A stretch of DNA of 63,722 bases, filler included, from Lenisia limosa (lineage: Eukaryota > Protista > Breviatea): NCBI GenBank assembly GCA_001655205.1. It is 11 parts of 11 records of this genome, joined end to end, with 100 filler letters (N's around TTAATTAATTAA, not from the genome) between each part and the next. Parts side by side here need not be neighbours in the genome. Positions count along the whole stretch, not along the records: positions 5,720 to 19,916 come from LPNZ01007584.1; positions 20,017 to 32,400 come from LPNZ01007249.1; 9 more parts are not named here. One strand, written 5' to 3'. Of this stretch, positions 13,301 through 24,000 are shown piece by piece. How positions within the stretch are numbered: position 1 is the first letter of the stretch; each line of letters opens with the position of its first letter. The position numbers and the translations under genes are program-made. Below the pieces are notes generated by a model that saw nothing but the letters and a program-made list of their open reading frames with translations, was not told the origin of the DNA and did not search any database.

Positions 13301-15930
13301 GATTTGTAAATTCCATGGACAACTATTCATGTCTTAGTACTGTTCTTCTGCTCATGAAAGAGAAGAAAAGCGTTTCTAAAGAGCCGAAAGCCAGACATAC
13401 GTTCAGATTAGTAGAGCTGTGACCCATGATTCCTCCGTAATATTGGCCATCGTTATCACCATGAAGTGTTACATTCAGCTGATAGGTGAAAATCATGATG
13501 AAAAGAATACCACAGCACTGAATCCAATATTAATAGCAACTTAAGCGTAAGATTCAGTAATAGAGTGTTCAATGCAAACAAATGAAGAGATACGTTTTCA
13601 TTCTGAAATATGTCATAATAATGCCCCAATGCAGCAAAACTCTGTACATAATCTTCACTCACCGAGCAGTCTTCAACGAGCCAGTCGGAACTGGAGTACC
13701 CAACAAGTCCGCCTATTCTCATACCTGTCATAAATGTTGCACTAAACGGATTAGATATATTTAATACGTGACCAACAATACAAGTATGTACATGTAGGTA
13801 ATACATAGTACATATATTTTTAAATAGTTGTTACAAATAGAAGAAATGTTTTCAATAATCTTACTAGAAGATAACATGGCAGTTAATTGCAGTCATCACC
13901 CGGTTCTTTGAGTCTGATAAAAACCCAACAAGCGCCCCCATGTTTTCAGGATTTGTGTTGCAGGAGGTGTGGATATTGATATTGCAGTTCTTTGCTGAAA
14001 CAACCTAAAATGTACGTTAGGGGTTCTTGTAGGTTAATATAAAGTAAAAACAAATTGAAATATTTGTTTCATTTGGCATCCACGAAATCGCAAAACCAAC
14101 TCACAGAGTCAATAATTTTCATGAACACCCCAGTCTGATGTATATCTTGGGCGACAATCTAAAAAATATTAAACTAAATCCTTCACAACAGTCAGAAGTA
14201 GGATTTCTTTGTCCGAGTTAGAGTGAGGGAGATATTTTCAGAGAAATCTGCTGACAATTAAATGAACAACCCACCCACTGCCACATCCAAAGACTTCACT
14301 GAAACAGTTGCAGCTTGCATTTGATAGATCCCTACTGCTAACTCATTGCTCAACTGAATTGAGTTATACGAATAGTCACATCAAAAAATCAACAATATCA
14401 AATATCATTTAAAAAAATAATGTATGATTGACAGTACATGACTGAATGCCAGGATCCTTTGAGTTGTGGATTGTAATCTCAACAAACTTTCCTCTAAGGT
14501 GGTAGCTACAAAACAATCTATTATTTCAATTTAACCCAAAACCAAACGCACATTGCCAATAATCGTGATGTTTCGAGTTGAGTAGTTCCAAATTTGAACG
14601 TGCCTATTGAGCATGTCTAAAAATTCAGTTGTAAATGGAACATTACGTGAATAAAATGACCATATTATAATGGGAAGATAATATCTGTTTATCTTGACTA
14701 TCCCCTGTTTAGCTTATTCCAATGAATCGGCCAGGCAAAACCCTTTCACTTGTAATGAGACCGTTTTGATTGGCAATGGCAGTGAGTTTCATGTCCTGGA
14801 GTCGCACGTTTTCAACTTGAAGGGGATGCTGGAATATGAAATCTGCCAGACAGTACTTATTTGATACAAGTTAGAACAGAGTATTGGATGTTTTTTTTAC
14901 TGATAGAGCTTGCGCTATTTTGATAAACATTCTCAATATCACAAACAAACAAAGTAAATAACTTTAATAATCAAAAAAATAGCATAATTATGCAGCAAAC
15001 TTGTCAAGAACCATCTTACAGTGGGTATGTTCCAAAAAAGAAAACCTCTACGTATCGGCCCAACAGCTCCAATAAAAGTGATGTCCTTCAAAGTGACAGG
15101 AATATCACTTCCTTCAAGAGAGCCGAACAGACTATACTCGAAAGTGCAGTTCTATAAGAGGTGAAGTTTTAAATTCCACATCATTGTTTTGATAATTGAA
15201 GTTGTTCGTACCCCAGATAAGAGAACCCTATGGCCTCCTCCATCGAGGGTTACCGGACTTGTAGCGGTGTACTGATTGTCAGTTTCCTACAATTTGTCAT
15301 TGTCTGTTATGTTGATGAAATTCATTCAACAGCCCACCAGGCTGTCAAAAGAAACCAAAGCCATTATGAGAGTGACAGTTGAAATGAACGAAAACAACTG
15401 TTATAATGTCACAAAGATGTCACCCCTGTGTGTACCGGGAAGCTGAAGTTTGAACAGTCCAAGTCCTAAAGAATTAAATTGTTTCAAATAACTTAGGTAT
15501 CTTTCCAATAAGTAAATATAAAACAGAATACGTTAATTTCCAAACAATTAGCTAGCATTTCACAACACATTACATCCAATACTATAACACTTTACACTCC
15601 CAAATAACATTCCAGAAACTCAGTAGTCCAGCGACAAGAAACCAACCTTTTCAAGTTGAGAAACACCAGTCCCGTTCATGAAGGTTGCCAAGTCATGACA
15701 ACTCGAAATTGTCATCCCACGGATTTCTGTGAAGAGGTAAATGCTACAAATCGCAATACTTAAACTGTATTTAATATTTATCATTTGATTTATCAGTAAT
15801 AAAAGGTTGGATGAAGAGGAAGGGCGGCAATGATGCTATATACTTTTTAGGACAGGGCTTGATCTAACCTACAGTACCTACCTAGCAGAGTGCATAATAA
15901 TAAAAAGACTAATAGCCAGGATTGTAGCAT
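10382..15930 (-). CDS. Type-I single-pass surface protein with GLUG-motif (beta-helix-like) ectodomain
   Basis: Signal peptide MLQSWLLVFLLLCTLL (ATG 15930). Ectodomain exons: ISSCHDLATFMNG..QLEKDLDCSNFSFPV, VTLDGGGHRVLLSG, SLFGSLEGSDIPVTLKDITF, IGGLVG, VGGIIG, IGGVSG. A Ser-rich stalk (SPPDLDSSSASSSN) leads to TM TAIGTTVIFAGLLVVLGSIVMLTI, basic stop-transfer RSKNMKSKKLK and a short tail ending LQKDGHQV* (TAA 10382). Confidence 0.72.
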
Positions 15931-16199
15931 AATTGGAACACTACAGATTGACAATCAGATTTGTGTGAACAAATTTATACGTTTAATTCTTTTCTACTCT
16001 ATCAAATATAGATTCATCTAATATCACAAGAATATAGGGGGGTTAATATACACATTTAATAACTTACAGCGCAAAAAGTAGTATATATAAACCCCAAGAA
16101 AAGTGCTAAATCAACTTATCTGTGACGAAACACGCCTTTTACACTATTCTCTCGCTAAAAAGGTTTATTATTAAATTTATACATTAATTGAGTGGAAAG

Positions 16200-17508
16200 A
16201 TGAACTACGGCTTTGAAGAACTTGCTGAGTCGCTTACTCAGTCACTAACCCCTGCCACTGCTCCTGAGAAGAATGCTAAAGAGGTGAGCCGAACGCTAAA
16301 ATGATGGAATACGCAGGGCAAACAATGAGGAAAACTCCATGGGAGGTTCACAATGTAATATGAGTGTATTGTGTGTATGTGCGTGCATGTCAAATATGTG
16401 GGGTATGTGTGTCGGTCTGTGTGTATTTGTGCCCGTGTGTTATGCGTGTATGTGTATGTTATGTACTATATATAGTAATTTATATGTATATTATGTGAAT
16501 ATGTGAATATGTGAATATGTGAATATGTGAATATGTGAATATGTGAATATGTGAGTGAATATGGATGTGGGGCTAGCATCCCTTGGTCACTGTTTTCGAC
16601 GAATGCCGGCTTATTTTTTCTTTATATTTATATATTTGCTTTAACTCATCATTCTCTGCAATTGAAAAGCAATCCACACACATCTTTCTGACTTTATAGC
16701 TCTCAACCGCAGCGATGCTTGAGGAGGACTTGGAAATGGAAGAAAAGACATCTAAACCAGGTGTGGCGGGTGATCACCTTGGTGGAACGAAGTGGAACAT
16801 CAATTCATACATCATACATCATATTTGTATCACGATTACTCTGTATTGTATTATTTTAGTATTATCTATCATGCTTTTATAATGATAATCGAGTAATGTG
16901 GATTATTTAGATATTAGAGTTACACATATAATCTGGGCTTCTCCATTTTTAAGCAGAGCATTTTATTCTTAGTTTTCGATAAGGTGTATGCCTCCTGATA
17001 ATGCATCATAGTCTTTGATACCTTGGAATAATCATAAAAACTATTAAGAATTTCGAGAACCTGTTCCTTCTAAAATAATTGATTTTGAAGCACAAAATTA
17101 CATTGCGACTTCATTTATGGCTTCCTCCGATGTAAACATTGAATATTACATTCACCCTATCATGTACTAGTAGGCTTCATTATAAGCAAATAGCCTTAGA
17201 TTATTGATGATCAAGATTGAAATCAATTGTATCAGTCGTACTCAAATAGAAGCTCGTATGAGAAAATACTCAAATAATTGCACACGTTTATTACGATTAT
17301 TATTGACCACCCAGCAGAACAGAAGAAAACCGTCTCCCGACCAGCCCCCAAAAAGGACCATCGTTTGAACCTCCCAACAAAGTCATCAAAGAAACCTGCT
17401 CCCATCATTCACCATAAGTATGAAAGGAGCTTGCTGATTGCTGCATCAATTGTATACATTTGTATTTCCCAGTTTATTGAAAAAGTAATATCTAGATATA
17501 ACGTTTAA
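16200..17508 (+). CDS. Small hypothetical protein, Lys/Pro-rich, with hydrophobic C-terminal segment
   Basis: MNYGFEELAESLTQSLTPATAPEKNAKE|LSTAAMLEEDLEMEEKTSKP|AEQKKTVSRPAPKK...SLLIAASIVYICISQF..NV*. The three exons are phase-consistent. The gene is head-to-head with the GLUG gene. Confidence 0.55.
16493..16552. repeat. Octamer microsatellite (ATATGTGA)~7, intronic
   Basis: Near-perfect tandem atatgtga units. Confidence 0.9.
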
Positions 17509-18355
17509 TAACTAATTATCATTTCATAAGAGGCGTTTTCTTCCTTCGGTCTGATCTTTTATTTTTTAAAAAATGTATTGACCTCACCACTGAAAAATCA
17601 TTGTAGTAAAAAAAAACAATATTGAATGTTTTGTTTGCGCTGTAACTCATCAAAAATTGTAAATTTATGAATAATTTTGGTATGAAACTAAGCTGTGTTT
17701 ATTACCAAGACATTTTTCGTAATATTTTTAAAAACGTGGTTAAAACAAACACATAAATACTTGATTTCTCCCCCCCCCCCCTTTTTGAAAGGACAAAAAT
17801 TGTATTTATCGTAAAAATATTCAGTAAAACAAAGATAAAAAAGATTCATAGGAGAGCGGCGGAGTGGACAGGGACGGACTGGAGGGAGGGTGATCTCTTC
17901 TGGAGCGGGGCGGTGGGCGGTCTGGGCAGCGGGTAAACAGACTAGAGCGATGCGGCGGGATGGTGATTACTTCTGTGATCTGGGCACTTAGAGTGCAAAC
18001 GGTTTTATGGGTTTCACCTATCACATAATAATGTAACAGGGATGATATTCAATTGTTGTAAATCGAATAGGTGGAGGTGAGGGAAAGAAAATGTAAAGTT
18101 GGTAGGGTGGTTATGGGTGAGGTTGGAAGACAAAGGTGAGGTTAGTGAGGTGNNNNNNNNNNNNNNNNNNNNNNNNNNNNNNNNNNNNNNNNNNNNNNNN
18201 NNNNNNNNNTGGGAGTTTTTGAAAGAACAATAAATGTATCTATAAAAATAACATTGTTTTTTTTTGAAAGGACAAGAAATGTTTTATCGAAAACATTCAT
18301 AGACCAAACAAAAGACTTTCATCGACAGTCAATTTGAATCACATTTTTTGTACAA

Positions 18356-18427
18356 TCCGTGTTAGTATAGTGGTGAGTATCCCCGCCTGTCACGCGGGAG
18401 ACCGGGGTTCGATTCCCCGACACGGAG
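18356..18427 (+). tRNA. tRNA-Asp (GTC), intronless
   Basis: 72 nt with acceptor stem TCCGTGT/ACACGGA, D-arm TAGTATAGTGGTGAGTA, anticodon arm CCCGC-CTGTCAC-GCGGG and T-loop GGTTCGATTCC. Confidence 0.97.
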
Positions 18428-18428
18428 A

Positions 18429-18435
18429 TTTTTTT
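18429..18435 (+). terminator. Pol III oligo-T terminator of tRNA-Asp
   Basis: T7 run immediately after the tRNA 3' end. Confidence 0.85.
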
Positions 18436-18495
18436 GATTTTTATTTTTTCATATTGTTTTTTTTCATTGCCTTCATTAAACGTAGACTTGAGCAA

Positions 18496-19833
18496 ATGAA
18501 GAAAGTCAAAAAGACAGGTCCTCTTTCAAAGAAGTCGAAATTGGTTTGTTACAACGGAACCCTTTAATGTGATTATTTACGATGTGTTTGTATGTATTAT
18601 TTCAAGTATACTGCATTATAATTATATAATACATATCAATCCAGCTATATGATATCTAGAAACTTATAACCTCGCAGAAAAAGGCGATGCAGACTGAAAG
18701 AGCAGAAAGAGACCAGGAGAAGCTGCAAACAAGGGTGGGTGGCAGGCAAATCTTATCGAGGATACTGCATTTTCCACATGATTCACCTATACATGTGTAT
18801 TTGTCACATTTTAGTTGAAGAAAACAACTAAGCGTGATATCAAAAGAAAGAAGAACAAGGGAAGTTATTAATTTCTGGAGGGGTATGGTATCTATTTATG
18901 GTTTCCACTGAGCTAGAAGTATGTATGATATATGACCAACCTGTGTTCTTGAGTTGATTCTATGAGTGTTGGTTATTTTAATAACTTCATTTTGAAGCAT
19001 CTAGTTTTTTGAGTATTGAGAAAATTTAAATTCTGAAATGTCGCTCGTTACAACCAGTCCAACTTCTGAAGTTAATCTCAACATTAGTCTATGTTGATCC
19101 TCCTTTTTTCTTTCTTTCATTCTTTTTTTTTTTTTTTTTTTTNNNNNNNNNNNNNNNNNNNNNNNNNNNNNNNNNNNNNNNNNNNNNNNNNNNNNNNNNN
19201 NNNNNNNNNNNNNNNNNNNNNNNNNNNNNNNNNNNNNNNNNNNNNNNNNNNNNNNNNNNNNNNNNNNNNNNNNNNNNNNNNNNNNNNNNNNNNNNNNNNN
19301 ATACAACGAGGCTGCAAAAACTATGTCTCTCTTAATTAAGTTTGAGGCAGTTTCCATCTGTTTGTGAAGATTCTCGTTTCCTATAATCCTTGCTGCCGCT
19401 CGGATATCGCGAAGAACCTAAGGGGGNNNNNNNNNNNNNNNNNNNNNNNNNNNNNNNNNNNNNNNNNNNNNNNNNNNNNNNNNNNNNNNNNNNNNNNNNN
19501 NNNNNNNNNNNNNNNNNNNNNNNNNNNNNNNNNNNNNNNNNNNNNNNNNNNNNNNNNNNNNNNNNNNNNNNNNNNNNNNNNNNNNNNNNNNNNNNNNNNN
19601 NNNNNNNNNNNNNNNNNNNNNNNNNNNNNNNNNNNNNNNNNNNNNNNNNNNNNNNNNNNNNNNNNGACTTCATTATTACCGCCACTCACCTCATCCAGTC
19701 GTTTGATGCACCGAACTACATCTCCTTCCTACATTGTGAAAAAGAACGCATAATGACACAACTTCAGAACCAACATGCTTTTTTAGCAGATCAGAAAAAG
19801 AAGTGTACATTTAACCAACAAAACACTGAGTAG
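18496..19833 (+). CDS. Possible gapped hypothetical gene fragments
   Basis: Candidate exons MKKVKKTGPLSKKSKL|KKAMQTERAERDQEKLQTR and DFIITATHLIQSFDAPNYISFLHCEK; two large N gaps interrupt the model. Confidence 0.3.
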
Positions 19834-20057
19834 GACATAAAAGAGCTCAATACTTGAAACCATCTTCACCACCACCACCCTTTGGAGAACCAGATAATGG
19901 ATGAACACCCCCCCCCNNNNNNNNNNNNNNNNNNNNNNNNNNNNNNNNNNNNNNNNNNNNTTAATTAATTAANNNNNNNNNNNNNNNNNNNNNNNNNNNN
20001 NNNNNNNNNNNNNNNNCCAATATCTCTTATAAGCGTGATGGTGTGTCATTATTTTAG

Positions 20058-20690
20058 GTGTTCGGTTTGTAATGATCGACAGAAGAGCGTGTGTATCCTC
20101 AGAGTAAGCGCAAAACTGCATGTTTCGTTTTTGACTCCCCATGCTGTTAATTGTGGATATTCAGGGGCCGGGATAAGTCTTGGCCGAATTGCTTATGGTC
20201 TCCAAGGAAAATCGGTCAAGACTTCTCACGACGTGAATATTGATTGGAAAATAATTAGGACTTTATGCAATTAATTTATCCCCCTCACCACTTCAGTGCA
20301 TGCATACGTTCTGCCACAATTGTATTGAAAGTGAGAGGGGAAGGGGGTATTGTTTCATTTCACATTTGGGCTCCACCTCGCATATATTGCAGCACTCATT
20401 TTTTGAACTCTTTCGCACCCCCAAGTCTTGCTTGTTTTATTATTATTATCATTCTTTATTCTATTTTTTCGCTGTAGTCGGCCCCTCCTCTTTTTTTGTT
20501 TCCACGCCCCCCTCCCCCCAAATCCTTTTTNNNNNNNNNNNNNNNNNNNNNNNNNNNNNNNNNNNNNNNNNNNNNNNNNNNNNNNNNNNNNNNNNNNACA
20601 GTCAACCTCAAATCAAGGCATCGCAAATGCCCGGCTTGCGGAGGGCCTTTCGGTCAAGGCGATATCCGCGACATTTTCTTCAACTCTTAG
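20058..20690 (+). CDS. BRE1: E3 ubiquitin ligase BRE1/RNF20-40/HUB1-like, C-terminal C3HC4 RING (5' truncated)
   Basis: Exons 20058-20103, 20297-20330 and 20602-20690 splice to CSVCNDRQKSVCILRCMHTFCHNCIEINLKSRHRKCPACGGPFGQGDIRDIFFNS*. The RxRKCPxC..FG..D ending is typical of BRE1/HUB1. Confidence 0.85.
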
Positions 20691-21060
20691 GCTGCCTTGT
20701 TTATTATGTACTTTTTCCATGGTCCTTGGTGCTGCGGGGTTAAAATGGCTTTGCTTTTTTTTTTTGGAGTTATTAAAGAAAATCCACTCAACCAACAGCT
20801 TGACCAAGTCTGATTACAGTCAAGGCTGACTATGGAATTTCCAAATCCAAATCGATTTTATGATTGTGCCCTTTGTTAATCCCCTGAGAAGTGTCGTAAG
20901 CGTATTAGCACTTTCTCTGATAATTACAAGGGATTTCCATACAAGTAATGGTATCACTATAAGACCTAGTCAATGCACAGTGTGGTGTTGAGCACAATAA
21001 TTAACCATACAACTAGATCCCTACATTTGACAATAACATAAATACAACATAAATAAAGGC

Positions 21061-24000
21061 CTATTCTTTCAGCTCGGCATCAAAGGACACAGCACCTATG
21101 AAGTGAATCGGACTATTGGGAATTTTTGGAAAGCCAGGTGTTGCCAAAATGTTTTTTTTTTTCTTCAAATAAAACCGTTTTTTACAAATTACTTTTTTAA
21201 CTAGAAGAGACCCTACAAAAGACCACCCATTTTTCTGATCTCTAAATTGGGGTGGCACTGGTGCGCTCCACCTTCACTTATGACTATTTATCTGGCCAAA
21301 AGGATTAAATTTCTCTCCAAATCCTCGATAAATATCGATAAAATACCAGAGTATTCAAACCGTTGGGAAGTCCTACATACTATCTGTAAAAACCTACCAC
21401 CCCTCACCAGTTCCATTGAGTGAATGCAGCATTTGCTTTGTTGATGCTTTTTGACCGATAATTGAGTTTGTAAACAGCTTCAGCTCATCTTGCCACTGAA
21501 TCGTCAGTATAAAATTTAAGAAAAAGAAAATAACAAATAAAATAGAGGGAATAATCATACGAAAATAAATATTTTTTAAAAAACATGCTTTTCAATTTCT
21601 ATAAACCACTAACCTCATCGAACTCAAGGTTACCAAACTTCTCTTCTGAGCTTTCGGAGGTATCAGAGTCTGTTGTGGGTTAAAATCAGAGGATTAGGGC
21701 TTCTCGACACCGCGGATGAGAGTCCAAGTTGATGCTCCAGAGTGTGTTCCACAAAAAATCTGATTTTATCGAAAAATACTTTTCAATTTGATAAATTGTG
21801 ATTACACAAAGAAGCGTGAGTGATGTTATATCATAAAAGATGTACTTGGAAGCAAAAAAAAAAACAAAACAAAACAAAAATAAGCCTACTATTGTCATCT
21901 GATGTTTCGTTCGCAATGACGGGGATGTCTGAAATGGTGATGATACTGGAAAACTGTTTGTTGTTAAAACATGAATATTTATTTGATATTGTTATTCAGA
22001 GAGGAATAAATAAGAAATAAACTCAAAAGAAAGTAATACATATGAATGGAGTTGTAAGCCAGATAGATAACTATTATACAGCTATATACAGTGACCAGGA
22101 TATGCTTGACCAATTTGTTCTATGATTTCCAAGTGACTGTATGCTATCCAACACCGCCCTGATCAATACTCCATCCCAATGAACCTTCGAATGTGCCTCC
22201 AGATGATAAAACCATGGGTTCAGGAGACTTAGCAACTCCCAAGCCTGTCTGATCTTGTTCCGCATCTTCATTCCGCAATCCATCCTTCCGCATTTCCGAA
22301 GACACATCAGGTAGGGATTTCTCACTAGGTTCGGTTTTGATCGCATCGGCAGTTGGCATAAGGACAAGGGGATCGTCAGCAATTCCGTCAAACATGGGGT
22401 TTTGCAAGTATATTGACGAGTCGATGTCGCGTCTCCTCTGCTCGGCTTGGAGTTTGATTGTGTCCTCATGGGCAAGGGCAAATTCGCGTGCTCCACCTAA
22501 AGAACATGCGATTAGAAGTGGAACACGTCTAAGTACTAATCTAGGATTCCATAGTCCAAAAGAATAGAACCGGATCAGTCATGAGAGATGTTCCTTGGGG
22601 AAATCATACAGCAAATCAGTCAGACTTATCTCAGTCACTGTATGTATCCGTACTCTCCAGCGAAAGGGACCAACTCAAAAAAAATACAATGAAACTATGA
22701 AAACCAATAACCCCCAGAGGGAGGGGGGGGGGGAGNNNNNNNNNNNNNNNNNNNNNNNNNNNNNNNNNNNNNNNNNNNNNNNNNNNNNNNNNNNNNNNNN
22801 NNNNNNNNNNNNNNNNNNNNNNNNNNNNNNNNNNNNNNNNNNNNNNNNNNNNNNNNNNNNNNNNNNNNNNNNNNNNNNNNNNNNNNNNNNNNNNNNNNNN
22901 NNNNNNNNNNNNNNNNNNNNNNNNNNNNNNNNNNNNNNNNNNNNNNNNNNNNNGATCGGTCAGCCATCATGGCTCTTTTTCGCGCCACAGTTGACCGTGT
23001 TGAGAGCTTCGTTGCAGGGGTAGTGGGAAGGCTTGAAAACGACGTTGGCAGGCACGTGGATCTGGGGTGGTGACATATAGACCCTATACATAGGGCTTCC
23101 CTACGGTCCGAAAAACAACGGTCAAATATCGTTATTTATCGAGGATTGATCGAAAAAATCAGTCTTTTTGTGACCGCATAATATCTCTAATTTCCATAGA
23201 TGGTATACGTACATGTAACTCTTTTTTGGAATGATTAATCAGTAATATAAAGATAAACAGCGGGCAGATATGAAAACAAGGCTGTGGAAAAGTGGGAAAC
23301 GCCGGGTTAAGAAATTTGATGATGAATGTGGACCAGGGATGAAAAAATTCACACACACAACCACACACCTTGGAACTCAGACCTCAACCCCCACAATTAT
23401 NNNNNNNNNNNNNNNNNNNNNNNNNNNNNNNNNNNNNNNNNNNNNNNNNNNNNNNNNNGAACATTTAATTTGTACTACCCCCCCCCCCTGACCTATTACG
23501 ACGAGCTGAAAGTGGCGTTCTTGGAGCATCTGAATTAAATAAGGGGGGATGGGAGATTGGAAAATTTATGAAACAAAGCCAAAAACTCTGTTGGCTGATA
23601 TCACACAAGGTTTGTGTGGGGAGTGCGTGCCTTCCAGAATACAAAAGATCAAACGCTTTTCTCAAATACACCAAGCAATTGTATCCACAAACCTTCTGGA
23701 GGTGGTATTGGGGTAAGAACCGGAGTGGACGGGCGTTTTTCTAATATCCCGACTTCTAAAGGAGAAGTCACAATTGTGAAGGAGATTTCTCCTCTGTATT
23801 TGTCACCCCACTGTGAAAATAGCTTGGTCTATTTTTTCTTCAAAAATGATTAGATGATGAATCGTAATCTTGTTTTTAACTAAGTCAGAAACCTACCCTT
23901 TTCTTCAATAGAATCCTTCCTTGAGAGCTGTGGTTCTGGGGTTGCTGGAGAGGGAGTAGTAGGTGCTTCAAACAGTCTGTGTGTATCCCTAATACGGGTG

